Source: Tubiluchus corallicola (Eukaryota; Animalia; Priapulida). Taken from it: DNA of 64,000 nt. How positions within the stretch are numbered: position 1 is the first letter of the stretch; every line of letters starts with the position of its first letter. Below the pieces are notes generated by a model. It did no database searches, was not told the origin of the DNA, and saw nothing but the letters and a program-made list of their open reading frames with translations. The stretch spans positions 186,001 to 250,000 of the forward strand of contig JAQGDQ010000247.1 of NCBI GenBank assembly GCA_030141605.1. The letters run 5' to 3'. The translations under genes and the position numbers were made by a program. Positions 20,268 to 34,058 of this stretch are shown here, piece after piece.

Positions 20268-23200
20268 ATGGCAAAGAACTCTTTGGATGAACAAGAAGTG
20301 GTTCAGTACAGTGTATTGAGCAGAGCACAACTCAGCTTTGAATATCTTCATACAAACTCGTAAGTAGTAAAATTGTGCAGATCACACAAGTCCTTGTTCA
20401 GCCAGATATAACAGATTGTTTTTCGTAGCTGAAATTGGTGGAACTATAGTTTTTATGGTCCTATTGGTGTTATAGAACTCAAGTGCCCATAAAAGAATTT
20501 GTTGATTTAGCAGAAGGCACTTAACAAATGGTTTCTAGGCATGCTTTAGGCTCGGCTCAATGATATGTTGATAATGTTGTTTACTTTTATCTATTTGAAT
20601 ATATATAAAACTGAACTACTTCTGAAAATGGGTAAAATGCAATGCTTTTACTGAAAAGCTAACTGTGTTATTGAACTAATTCATTCAGATTAATTACATA
20701 TGAAGTAATTGGACAACATTTTATTTGTTTCTTTGTTTTGTCACTGGTCTATGAACTGCTTTTTCAGACAATATGATTCTCTTTTTCAGCACTACACACG
20801 AGTTTTTGTTCGGTGCGCTAGCCGAACTTTTGGACAATGCCCGAGATGCTTCAGCTACAAAAATCAACATATACACAGGTAATGAATCAATGAGCTAGAG
20901 ATCCATTTTGAGAAGTGTGTAATAGCTGCATGTTTCTTATTGTTCTGCGGTAGATCAATAATCTGCTAAAATCAAAGGTTAATGAATTATATTTAACTTT
21001 TGTTTAATGGCACATCGCCCAAATTGGAATTAAACAAAATTTTGCCTAAGTTGTAAGTTAAACAGCATATTTTATCTAGATTTGCATCTAGGAATTGGGG
21101 TACCCAGTGTGTTTCATCCGATTTGTATTGGCTATAGACTCATTGCCATTTATTAAAGTCAGACTAAACCCTCACTATAATGTAAGCTTTTACAACTTAA
21201 AATCCTGCTCTCATTACGAATATTCAATTTCTTTTATTATAAACTTACTGTAAAATTTATTTCTTTTTATTTCTTTATCACCATGTTCTTAGTGGTGTTA
21301 AATTTGAAGAGTCACCATTTTTTGTTGCGCGGGTCGAGTAACATGAATACAGTTACGAGGTCACCAAACATCGGTAACCAGAGTGGCTTTCGTACCTTGT
21401 GCGTTATTCTCGCTCACTTGCCCCAATGACGCGAAACATGGCGATCTTTACAACAATTCAAGCATTCAAAGTTCGCCAGAAAAAGGTAAGTTATTCATTT
21501 ATGTCTCTTTTGTTTAATAATAGCTGTGTATTCTTTGTGTAATCATAATAATTTGTTAGAAAACTTCAATGTCTGTTGGGGTTATATAGGATTTCAAGTT
21601 GACAGGTATTGTTAGATTAATAATGCATTGTTTCATTCAGCTCCTGCTAACGATTTGCGTGGTGGCTATACCCTAAACTTTCTAGACGATGGGGATGGTA
21701 TGGACCCTACTGAAGCAGCTGACATCATCACGTTTGGCAAATCTACAAAACGAAGTGTTGATTCTCAAATGATTGGACAATATGGCAATGGTCTGAAATC
21801 GTAGGTTTCTATTGCTGTTACAGACATATTTAATTTCAATAAAAATAATGCAGTCTGGATTAAAAATACATTTTTTGCATAGACATTTTTATTATTTCAT
21901 ATACTACCATGACGGGAGGGCAGCCGCGGGTTAAAAATACATTTTTTGTATAGGTATTTTTATTAAATCACATCATAGTTGCTTTTATGAAGCATCCCTG
22001 GTTACTTTTGCCTTGCGTGAAAAATTTTGATCTTTCTTAAAAATTAATAATATATTGTAGTCATTGTAATCAAGAAATTAATAATGCTAATGACGTTGGT
22101 TATGCAAATCTATTCTGTTGCTGCAAAAAGTTTATTTTGCTGTCTACTCAGTGTTGCCTAGAAATGGATTGCAGACATGTTTTATGGGAAATCAAAATGT
22201 TTATAATAAATTGATATTTATAATTTTATTTATTTTTATTATGCGACTATATTTATTATAAATAGGGAAGTATGGTTTTCAACCATTCTTAGTTATGAAT
22301 ACATGCAAAGTAAAGCAGCAATTTCCCAAAAGGAACAGATATCATTTTACAAATGTTTTAGATGTAAGCAAAAATGGCAAATATCACTTACAAAGGCATT
22401 AAAGATATTTTTTGTGTTGTGGTTTTGTATTTTATGTATTTTAGATATTTTAAAACACAAATGTGCAGAAGAATATAATATGACGAAATTCTATTGCAAC
22501 AGATTTGACATTAAGTGCTGCACAATGCAGTAGTTTCCATCCATTATTTCTCTAGAATCTTGGCCTGCATTACACAATGTGTGTCACTTGTCAATATTCT
22601 ACATATTGCCAGGTTGTGTAAACAGCCATTGGGGCTGTAAATAATATAACCTTTTGTTCATGCTGTGTTGGAATAATCGGAACTGTACTTGTAATTGTTT
22701 TCTTCCTTTATTTAGCGGTTCTATGAGGATTGGCAATGATTTCATACTGTTCACTAAAAAAGGCGCGACTGTGACATGCTTGATGGTGTCACGTACTTTC
22801 CACGAGGAGGAGAAAATAGAAGAGGCAAGTTCCTTTTATATGCTGTCTGTTCATTTTCAATATTGCTGACGTTTTGGGACATTTTTGGGAATTCTTCTAA
22901 GAAGGAGCAGCTTTTTTAATGTCATGCTCCAACTTAACTACAATAAATGTGCTAGGTGCCTTTTCTCATTTTCTGGGTCACTTGATGCTCTTAATGTTAG
23001 TGTTGTTATGAATACATTTTGCAGAAAGTTTTTATACATGCTACTTAGAATTTGAGCATTTTCTGGGGTTGTCTGCAGCAGTTACAGATACAGTTAACTC
23101 CATTTAACATCGGTTTGGTGTACAAAGAACATTAGTCTGTAACTATTTTCCGACATAAATACAAAACCCCGGTATCCTGAATAAAGATAGTACTTAATTA

Positions 23201-26200
23201 AAGTGCATTAAATCATTGTAGCCTAATGATTATTTAGTTAGAACAGAAGCGTACAAAAAATTAATTTATAAGATTAAGAGAGAGACAGCTAAAAGGTAAA
23301 AAAAAACTAGTACCCTGACTGGAAAAGCATATAGATAATTAAAAATACATATATCATACATAAGGAAATAGAAATACAGAAACTGCATACATAATAAGAT
23401 ATATAATTACAGAAACAAATTGACTAAAAGTATAAGAACCTTAAGTGAAACGTATTTACCTGATTAAAGTACCTATTTTTAAATGACCTATTTTCGCATT
23501 GGCAAAATTATAAGAAATTTCATGTACAAGACATAAAATTAAATTGTAAAATGTTCGAGGTTTAAAATTATTAAAGACATTTGCAATTAATTTTTACAAT
23601 AAAATATAAGGTATGATAAAGTATGGGAAATGCATGTGGTACCTAAATGCATGCGGTATCAGATTATACTGACCAATTTGTTTATTAGATTTTCAAAAGA
23701 TTTTAAGGTGGGGGTATGATAGCATTAAAAAAAACTTGTCATTACATGCATTACCTATTAGGCATGAATATTTCTAGGTATTGGTTAGGCTTCGTCTTGT
23801 ATTTTCTTGTATTTATATTATTTTGTCACCCTGTATTTATATTATTTCATTCTGTTAAAGGTGATTGTTCCAATACCATCATTTGACAGTCAGACTAAGA
23901 AGCCTCTGGCAAAGACTGGAAAATTATTGGAAAAGGTTGGTATGGAATAGTCTAGTTCTGCATACAAGGAAATTTAACTCAATTTAACTTTGCTAGTTGC
24001 AATGCTTAGCATTGAAAAATTATGCTGTTTGTAGCATGGTTTGTTTAAGTCTTTAGATGACAAAAAACCTTGCCAACCTGAAGCATTGTCTAAGACTATA
24101 AATCAAATGTAAAATAGAAAGAAATCAAGCACGAAGCACTAACCAGTATGTAAAAAAATAAACGATTGGGCCTAAATTTGGTTTGATTAAATTTTTTGCA
24201 AGGTGCATGCTTGTTTTCTTGGAAACAGATTGAAATATGTAAAAAAAATTCAGGTGTGTATTTAATTTTCATTTTAATAAAGTTTTAAACCTGTTTATAC
24301 TAAGATCTGTAAACCAGATTACGGATTTATGTTCTGAATTCAAGTTGTGATGCACCTAATTGTATTACGTCAGCTATAGAGCTAGTCATTCATCAGATCA
24401 TTTGCTTCACTTTTTACTTTGCAGCAAAAAATTGAAATGGATCTCATTTTAAAGTATTCACCATACCACACGACTGAAGAGTTCTTCAGGTGTTTTGATC
24501 TGATAAAAGGCAGTTCAGGTACATTGGTGGTTATTTACAACCTAAAGCTAATGGACAACGGGCAGCCGGAACTGGACGTTGATACGGACGAGAAGGATAT
24601 CATTCTGTCTCATGCACACAGTGCCGAGTTTGACATGGAAGATGGGTATGTTTATTACACAATTTGGAACCCTACAAGCCATCCAGCATTTAACTAGAGG
24701 TCCTGAATAGATCAGAATCTAACTCATTATCAAGGTAGTGCTTATAAAATAGTGCACTGAACCAACGGAGTTGAAACTGCTCTGAGTGAGAGTCAAAGCA
24801 GTGAATAGCTTGTTTATTTTTGTTCATGTTTTGCTGTGTATTTGTGTGTATTTGGCAACTTCTGTAAGATTTGTGACCTGTAGCTTGTTTATTTTTGTTC
24901 ATGTTTTCCTGTGTGTTTGTGTGTATTTGGCGATTTCTGGAAGATTTGTGACCTGTAGCTTGTTTATTTTGGTTAATGTTTTGCTGTGTATTTGTGTGTG
25001 TTTGGCGACTTCTGTAAGATTTGTGACCGACTGGTTGTTAAATGTCAAAAGTTCTGTGAAGTTTATTTTAGCTGACAGCAAATTTTGATGATATCAAATG
25101 GTAGAAGTCATGTAATTGATTGCAGTTTTGAGATAATGGCTATAAATTTATTCACCCACATTTTTTATTTGTTTTTGACGTCCAGATGTTAGCAGCAAAA
25201 TTAAACATTGTCAAGTAAGTCAGAATGCAAACTTTCTGATTTTTCATTTAAAAAATATCTCCAAATAGTGAATTTTAATCTTTTATTCAGGTTTCTTGTA
25301 CAACTTATCCATGTTTTTGCAACTTTGTGTGTCATAATATTGCATAAGTCAAAAGATTTCACAACAGAATTGTTAAATGCAGAAAAAATGTTGAGATTCT
25401 TATGTAGAAAAACTTCTACAAAATTGTCTTTTATTCCTATATATCATCATGCCAGCTTTTTCATTGTTCAGACTTCACCCAGAAAGAAGATCATTTCGAG
25501 CGTATGCTGCCATATTATACGCAGATCCTAGGATGAGAATTTATGTACAAAGTGCAAAAGTTCGTACAAAAAAGTTGCTAAGCTGCTTGTACAAACCCCG
25601 AATATATAAATACGCTTCTAGTCGCTTTAAAACTCGGTCCGAAGTGGAAGTGAAACGTGCTAGACATGAGGCGGGGCAAGGTAAGTGACTTATTGTTTGT
25701 TAAACATTGCTTCATTTTGAACTTTTAAAACAGTTCGATGTGTACTTGACACTGTATGTATTCTAAATGCAAACTGAATTCTGTTATTGGTTTGTCTTTG
25801 CAGTTTTAATGCTAATGCACTGAGAGAAGCAAAGTTAAGCAAAAAATTGTAGTATACACTTCATATTCTAACTGCATTTTCTCATCTTTTAACCTCATAT
25901 TGTTAATTTTGATTCTTAGTCAGAATAGAATACAGGATAGAATAGAATATTTATTTATCAGTCTTCTTCACTGTTAGACAAATAAGGACAAATAATAATA
26001 ATATACAAAGGGACCACTAGGTGGTGAAAAGACCAAGAGTGACCAAGTCAGCCACCCCTATCCTTACATAAAATAAATAACAAATTACTGTGAAGTGTGA
26101 AACACTGTTAGCAATAGAGCAACCAAATGTGGAAAGACGATTAGTTGAGCCTTTAACAAATAACTCCAATATCTTTTATACTTAACTAATTAAACATTGA

Positions 26201-29200
26201 GCTGTAAGTTAACAAATAAGGAAGAAAGTAATACAATAACTTGTCAAGGTAATTATATAAAGCAATCATTCAAAAACAAAGCATTAAAAAGTAAAAAAGC
26301 TTTAATAAAATTATTTTTATTTCAGCTGAAGACAGAGCAAGAGAGGCAGAAAGCAAAGCAAGGTAACTAAGACTAATAAAACTTTTCTAAAACATTCTTC
26401 AGATGCAGGCAAGTTAGAGTGTGGCTCCGTTTGAGGGGTCCCCATAATTCCATTAGCCTAGGTTCCCCAAAAGGCCATAATATGTACATGTGTACTTGGC
26501 CTTGTGCACACGGTATGTTTAGTTGTGAAATGCACTGTTAGTTTTTGAGGTGTTTCATTTTTTATTAGTTAATCTGTTTTTGAGTGCCTTAGTTAATTAT
26601 TGACTTGTAAGCTGCTGTCACTAGTCATGACACTTGAAAAATTAACTAAATGTTCTGCTTTTAGGGATGCTGAGAAAAAATATGGCACAAATCCTACAAA
26701 TAAAGACAATAGGGTAAGCAGTTTTATAGATTCTTGGATCAACAAGTAGCACATCTATGTTGACACTGTGCAGTGGCACGTACTGTGTTATAACTAATTC
26801 AGTGTATTATTAGCATTCATTAAACATGAAAAAATATTTAATGGTGTGGTAGTGGCAACGTTAGCTGTGCCCTACCCGGCTAGGTTAGTTTAGGTAGAAA
26901 TGAGATGCTAGTATCTTTATTGTAGCTCAAGTGGGATGGTAATTTGGGGAGATACACTTCTTGGTAGATTATCGCATTCACTATTGCATTCATCACTATT
27001 ATCGCAAGGTAGTGAATTGTGATGATTCAGTAGACTTGGTTGACTACCTACTGACTTCATATAGATGATTCCTTTCACTGTGTCAATAACAAAGTTTGTT
27101 AGTAGATTGTTTCCTCTGTGGTTTCAATATTGCTGCAAAAATGAAACGCTAAATGTTGAGAAATAAATTATATGACTAGCATTTATTGGATGTGACCATG
27201 CACCGAAAGATAATACATGTGTTCCGTGAGAAATGTTGACATGTTAAGCTAATATTATCGAAATTAGAGAGAACCAAATTTGTAACCCAAAATTCAAAGA
27301 TTTCTCAAGAATAACAAATATACCAAAAATAGTCGACTACAGATATCATTACGAAAAACGTATTAGCTAACAAATATGAAAATAGCTAGGATCATTGTTG
27401 GCTGACATACCAACAAGTAGACACGTGACAATAAACCCCAAAAATGCTGACAACTAGTGATTCAAACAACAAGTTAGTAAAGCGAGATGAAATTAAGGAA
27501 CTATCAATGATCTAGACTAACAAGGCACTAGCAAAACTGACACAAACTCTCAAATTGGTTTAAGATCAAACAATCGATAATGACTTGAAGTCAATAAACA
27601 CAAATAGTTAAAAACAAAGAGAAACAATCACTCATCTATGTATGGTATGACCCGCGTGGTCATTCGTTGGGAAGTGCCATGTGGCTCCCTCAAGTGGTAA
27701 ACATTCAAGAGGTTGCTACAGGCTGGGACAAATGGTATAGAATTTTTTCTTGTTTTTTATTTTATGTAAAATATTATGTAGTAAACTGGTGTGCTGAAAT
27801 ATAATTTCATTGATTTTTAATAGAAGTCAAGTTTGACAAAGTGTATACCCTAGAGGTCTTCAAGTAAAATAACATAAACAGGTTAGCAATAATGGACTTT
27901 GTTATTTAGAAAAATATTATCTAACATTGTTTTTCTTTTACATTTTGAAGACTTTTGTACGTAAAGCTCAGTCAAATGCAGCAGAACTAAGACGTGATGC
28001 TAAGTTAAAGAAGGAGTTAGCTGACAGAAAGCAGAAAGCACTGAAGGAACCAAAAACTTTGAACTTTATATTCGGCTTGAACTTGGAAAATCGCAGTCAG
28101 GATGGGATGTTCGTCTATAACTGTAGCCGTTTGATAAAAATGTACCAGCGTGTTGGTCCTCAACTAGAATCACAAAATTCACTGTAAGTTTGTATTGTTG
28201 AATTGTTATCAGAATTAAGTGGCATGAGTCAAATTAGCTATTTTACACTTTGTCGTTATAAGGAAAATCATTTGGTAAAATTAAAGTGCAAAAGTCAACG
28301 GTTACTTTATATATGTAAATGAAACCTTATACTTAGGTTTCTGCAATAGCAATATAATTGGTGTTGCTCTTGTCTTACTTTACTGTTATAATTACTTGCT
28401 TTGGCTATGTTCACCTATTACTGCTAACACACAAATACAAGTTTTTGCATATATCAGCAATGAATACAGGTAGTCGTCATAAGACCATTTGGACACAAGT
28501 TGAACCTGTATATTCAAGCAGTGCACCCCTAGCGTGTTTGACTTTGTTTGTGTGTAGGCACTAAGTGTGGCGGCAATGAATTTATTGAAACAGATAGTGA
28601 TTTAAAGTCAATTGGTTTAAACAGTTAGAAACACGCAGAAGAAAATATGAGTTACAGTTAGTCATCTATATTTAATTGTGCAAGCTGTGGTCAAGTCGTA
28701 AAGTCATACAGTCGTAAATTGCATAGGTTGTAGTTCAACCCATAGTTTAATACATAGGTCGTAAATTTAATTACAAATAGAAGTCATTAACAGTAAATTC
28801 ATGTAGTTTGTAGTTTGTTAATTGTCAAGTTTAGCATTAATTTCACATTTAAGAGCTCGCACAAGTTTTACATTCATTGCTTTGGGTTCCACCAATGGAA
28901 AATTTTCTATTGTTATTCCACATACTTTGTAAAACGATTTGAATATTTACCGAGAGTCAGTGTAAGTTCAGGTATGATACAATAATAGCAAAAAATTCCA
29001 AAGAGTTAAGTGTCACTTCTAAGTTAACTTTAATTGTTTTAAATTTTTTGCAGTAAATGTTTTTACCAACATTTACATTTTTAGTAATACAAGCAAATAA
29101 ATGTCAATGTTCTAAGACTATAGGTTTCCTTTAACCGAAGAATCTTTGCCTGGTTATTGTTCATGTATTTCTTGCTGGTTGCTACATGCCTACTAATGAA

Positions 29201-32200
29201 TAAGTGTGCTTATTGCCTTCAGTCTGTTTTATATTTTGAATAGGTTTTTGTGAGGCTTGTTGCATTCACATATATGCACTTACTTAAACTAAAATTGGTT
29301 TATTAATATTGAAACTGAATATTAATATATGAAAACTGGTTTACTGTATATTAATAATTGAATTATTGTTTTAGGTCTTGCTGTGGTGTTATGGGTGAGT
29401 ACAATAGTCATTCAAATGTAAAAACCATGCATTCTTTATTAAGTTGTATGTATTGGTGCAACACTTCAATTAAAAATAAATCTAACTGTAAAATTGAAAA
29501 TTACTTAGAATTAATGCATATTAACATATCATGCAACTTGCGTGTCACTTGCATAATAAGCATTACCTTTTAATTTTCTCTGAGGTTTGTTGAATTACTT
29601 TATTCTGAATTGTCTGTTTTTACTTCAGTGCATGCTTTGACTGTATTAAATTTGAATGAGCATTAAGTACACTCCTAGACAATACATATTATACACTTTC
29701 AGGCATTGTTGACGTACCTTATTTGGTATTAGAACCAACGCACAATAAACAAGATTTTGCCGATGGGAAGGAGTACAGACATTTGAAAAAAGCTATGGGA
29801 GAATACATGCTTCAGTACTGGATGGATATAAACATAGGTAACTGGTATTTTATCTATTTATTTATTTTGGTTAAGTCACTGGTTAGTCACATATTTGCTT
29901 TTTCAAAACTGTTGCATATTTTATTTAATCATGGCTGCAGCAACTTTGTTGTCTTTATTTTTGTTTACATTATGAGGAAGATAATTAAGAAATCTGATTA
30001 AAATTGCCACATTATTAGTTGGCAGCCAACTATTAGTAATATCTTCAAATACTTACGATTATTTATTATCACGTAGTAATCCAGCAAAAAAACTAGACAG
30101 TGCTATGCCAGTGGCTTGTTTGTATCACTTTCAAGCGAAGGATGATTAATATAGGTGATTGATGAACATTACCGAATCATTACTGGTTAGCAAGTTACCA
30201 AACAATAAACCTCAGCACTAAATATATAATTTAAACCTCCATGCTATATGACGATACATGTGTTTTTTAGAGAGATTTGTTTTAAGTGAAATTACAGGTT
30301 GTGTCAAAACAGAAATTTATTTTATTTAAAATAATCTTTGAATGTGTCTGTATCTGAATCTAACTTCAAATACGTAATTATGATACTTCATACTGTTTAT
30401 TCACTGAGATTTAGTCTAATTGAAACTTGATAATCTAATTGAAAATTACAGTGTTGGGGCAGAAAATACACGTTTACAGTATAGTCTCAACATATGTCGA
30501 CCTCATCATGGCAACTACACCTGTGTACTGAGGGCTCTCTAGCTTCTCTTTCTTTTCTTTATTGATCGGCCTGAAATGTAACATTTTTTAACAATGAGAT
30601 GCTGCAGATGCTTATTAATTTGTGAATTAATAAGACGATTACTAATCAAGCATATTTTATTATACAATAGAATTTCTGTTTCAATGTTGTCATATTTTTT
30701 ATTTTAGATGATCCAGAACGGTTTTGGGTGGGTTTTGGCTATGAAAGTGAAAAATGGAACAGTGCACCGTCCTCTGATCCCAAATATGTGAAAAAACGTA
30801 TGATGCAAGTTAACACTTGTATTCAGTGTGGTAAGTGGTGCCACCTACACTCAATTATTTGCATTAAATGGTTGCAGATATTATGAGGACTTGTAGTGCT
30901 AATACCAGTATTGTACATCATAACTGTATCTAAGTTTTGTGTATCAAATGATTTTTTTTTGTTATTACATTCTGCTTATTGCTGATTTGTCATTGAAACA
31001 ATATATTTGGAAGCAATTTTCTTGATTAATATATGTTAATAATTAGACGTCAAAGTGGACAGTTTGAAGCCAGTCTGAAGCCAGTCTACAAGGCTTGTTA
31101 AGCCTGCTGGACCTTAAGAATGGCTGGCTACTCCTAGTGGTATAACTTTTCTTTTTTGAGTACGTTATAGCAGTTTCCAATATGCGATTACGCAAAATGT
31201 TTGTATTGTTAACTAAAGTTATGTTGATCGTTTAATATACGTTTTGGTTTTATAGATGAATGTTTGAAGTGGCGGATACTTCCATTTTCGTCCAAGGATG
31301 TGGGGAAGGAGTATTCAGAGTATTGGGTTTGCAGTATGAACCCAGATACCCAGCACAATAGGCAAGTGTACTTTTGTTAGATCACCTGTCCAGGAAAAAT
31401 TCATTCTGATAGACGGCAAAATAAGATAAAAATTACTAAATGTGTTTTGTAGATGGAACTATTTCATTTCTTTATTTTATATTACGAAAACATTGTTGTT
31501 CGCTTATTGACTAATTCGGATAATAATTTTATCTGTTGTTTAATAAATTCAGATGTTCAAGTTGCTTCAAAATTACGTAACTATTACCAATCAACATTAT
31601 ACAGGAGGTTAGCTCTGCATTTTAACTAAAATTCCTACTTGTTAACATTTTCTTAATTTAATCTTATAATTTTTGTAAAATTTATTCTTTTATTGTTGAT
31701 ATGTTTTATGTATCTTGTGTTGAAATAAAATAACTTACTTATTTAGTTAAAGAAATGCGTATGAAATTAAAAAAAATGTTTTGAAGAGGATGAAATTGTG
31801 TAATACATATATCTGCTTTATCATATATACCATTCTCTGTTGAACCTGATCATTTTTTATGCCATGTTTATCAAGTTGCTGACGTATCTAAACTGATATG
31901 CTATTATTGTTTTTAGATGTTCCACAGCTGAAGAAAGACCAAATATTCCAGAAGGTATTCTAAAAATAAAACAAAAAACTCACGATGATAAAAAACAGGA
32001 GTTGGAAGAAGTACGTCTTCTCTCTCAGATATTAATATTTTTTTATTCGTACATAAATGCACATTAATACAATACAGACACACAGTACTTTAGTAATATT
32101 TACAAATGTAATTAGTTACATTTTTACATCTTACACTCCAAAATAGAATGTTGAAATATTACAATGGAAAAAACAATGAAAAGACAGAAATGACAGTATT

Positions 32201-34058
32201 GAATCCATAATAGACATTTTTTGTTATTTACTTGAGATATTCTAATATATATGCTAAGAGGTACATGAACATGTTACACCTGAAATAAACTAGTATAAAA
32301 TGTACTATATTACACTATACTGTACTACTACACCATACCATATTATATTATACCATACTTACTATTAGGGATGAGCGTTCTCTGCTCTGCCCAAATTCAA
32401 ATTTAATTTAATTTGTGACTTTCGAATTCAAATGAAACTGAATTTTGAGATTTCGAATGCTAATCGAATTCAAATTGAGTTATAAAGATTTTTGAGTAAA
32501 TTTTCTAATCATTAATAAAAGGCGGTCTCACAAAATTCCTGCATATTACTTGATTTTGTTCTGCAGTAAAAACACTAATAATTTGTTTAAAATTGTGCAT
32601 GAAATTGCAGCTAAATTGTTCTAATTGCATTATACTTCAAACATTTTAATGATAAAATTTTGAAATTTTTAGCAAATAACACTTTGAGTGTAACAAGTTT
32701 ATTATCCTAACTATTGCTCTTGTAATTATAATGGTGATGAAAAAAGTACTAGAGTATAAAGTAAAGAATAAGTTTTAAATGAGTTTATTTAAAACAGTCC
32801 AACAAAACATTTGTCCTCCTTAATGTGCTAATGCGTACTTATTTTGTTTTTAAAGACCACATGCTCATGCTTATGAGAAACGTCTACATTTAAGCAGCAT
32901 AGGTAATAAGTTACCATACAAAAGTAGTGCTATATTGCTAGATTTTGCTGCAATGACGGTTGTGTTTGTCTTGCAGTTTTTGTGGTTTACTAAAAAATAA
33001 GTGCATATGACATTGGTAATGCAATCGATTTGCGTCAGCTGTTGAAAAAATAATTTATAATCAGAAATAAAAGCCCAAATCGATTATAATCAATTAATCG
33101 GTTCCACCACTATTACTCTGCTAAGAATGTGTGTAGCATAAACTTTATTTTATGTTGTGCAGGAAATCAGAAAGAAACAGGAGAAACTGCAAAAATTGAA
33201 GAAAGTACAGGAAGTGCGTTCAGCTGCACAAGTACGCAACTTGGAGCGGTCGAGAGAAGCGTCATCTCAGAAGATCAACTACAGAGAAACTGCTGCACCA
33301 AAAGGTTTTACAAGGCAGACAGTTAATACGTTCGCTGCCTCGTCAAGAACTCGACCTTCCAAGTTTAGAGTAAGCATTGAATATTTTTACCTGGTGTTGC
33401 TATTCATCCACTAATTCTCAGAGTGATAAAACGTTAGTGACCGGAAACACAGATTTTTGCTAATCATAGTAAGAAGCCAGTGTTTGCTTGAAAACTATTC
33501 TACGGAAAATCGTATTTTTCTAATCTATCTAAAAATCAATTTCCCTTCACATGTTTTAGTTAATCAAGTCTTATTGTAGACATTTTTATTAGTGATACTG
33601 AGAAAGTATTTGATGTAAAAACAATGCGAGGCAGTATACAACAGTATACAGTACAAGAGTTTGAGAACTCCCACACATAAAGTATAATGATGTTCTTATA
33701 GATTGTGGGTTTAATATAAGTGTGTATAAAACAACAACTAATTCTTAATGGCAGGAATAGTGACAATGAATAAAAATCCCACAATTAAAAAACAATGAAA
33801 AAGAAAGAAGCGGCAATTGTTGGATTTTCTTTTCAGTGTGTCTTTGTGCATAAACACTTATATTTAGCCGATAATTTCTTTCATTTGTAATGTAGGGTCG
33901 TCGGAAACCTGCTTCATCGGAGTCTGAAGATGATGACTATGATGATGAATTTGAACCAGTTGTGGAACCAGCAGATGAAGAGCAAGATGAAGAAGAGCAG
34001 GAGGATGAAGAGGAGGAAGATGTTAAAGAAACAAAAGAAGAGAAAAGGAGAAGCTCAG
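20268..34058 (+). CDS. MORC2: MORC2-like GHKL ATPase with CW-type zinc finger; 17 exons (707 codons), 3' part missing at the gap
   Basis: Exons: 20268-20359, 20790-20878, 21641-21800, 22716-22824, 23861-23935, 24425-24645, 25472-25680, 26326-26362, 26665-26713, 27951-28183, 29375-29394, 29703-29837, 30708-30830, 31256-31361, 31917-32010, 33163-33369, 33896-34058; all phases are compatible. Motifs: [57 protein letters not shown], a coiled-coil insertion, [12 protein letters not shown], and the CW finger [20 protein letters not shown]. No stop codon is reached. Confidence 0.95.
24806..25028. repeat. Minisatellite, 3 x 75 bp, in MORC2 intron 6
   Basis: The unit TAGCTTGTTTATTTTTGTTCATGTTTTGCTGTGT...AAGATTTGTGACCTG starts at 24806, 24881 and 24956. 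Confidence 0.93.
25920..26075 (-). mobile_element. Probable non-LTR retroelement 3' tail remnant
   Basis: An (AGAAT)n-like run and TTTATT, then GGTGGTGAAAAGACC..GACCAAGTCAGCCACCC, similar to 5250-5292. Confidence 0.4.
32366..33112. mobile_element. Degenerate hAT-like MITE end(s) in MORC2 intron 15
   Basis: TAGGGATG is followed by TTCGAAT/TTCAAAT repeats at 32366-32480, and ATCGATT..TTAATCGG..CACCACTA lies at 33079-33112. There is no clean TSD, so these may be two unrelated ends. Confidence 0.3.

Noticed and set aside
21860-21965. Local ~35-bp direct repeat around a short GC-rich core
   Set aside because: Small, AT-rich and intronic, with no evidence of function.
24806-25028. Regularly spaced repeat suggesting a CRISPR array or a repeat protein (100-aa ORF 24786-25088)
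   Set aside because: The units are contiguous with no unique spacers, lie in an intron and have no cas genes nearby; this is a minisatellite.
27240-27735. A-rich strand-biased segment and a hAT-like end in MORC2 intron 9
   Set aside because: Probably transposon debris, but I could not recognise a protein motif, paired TIR or TSD.
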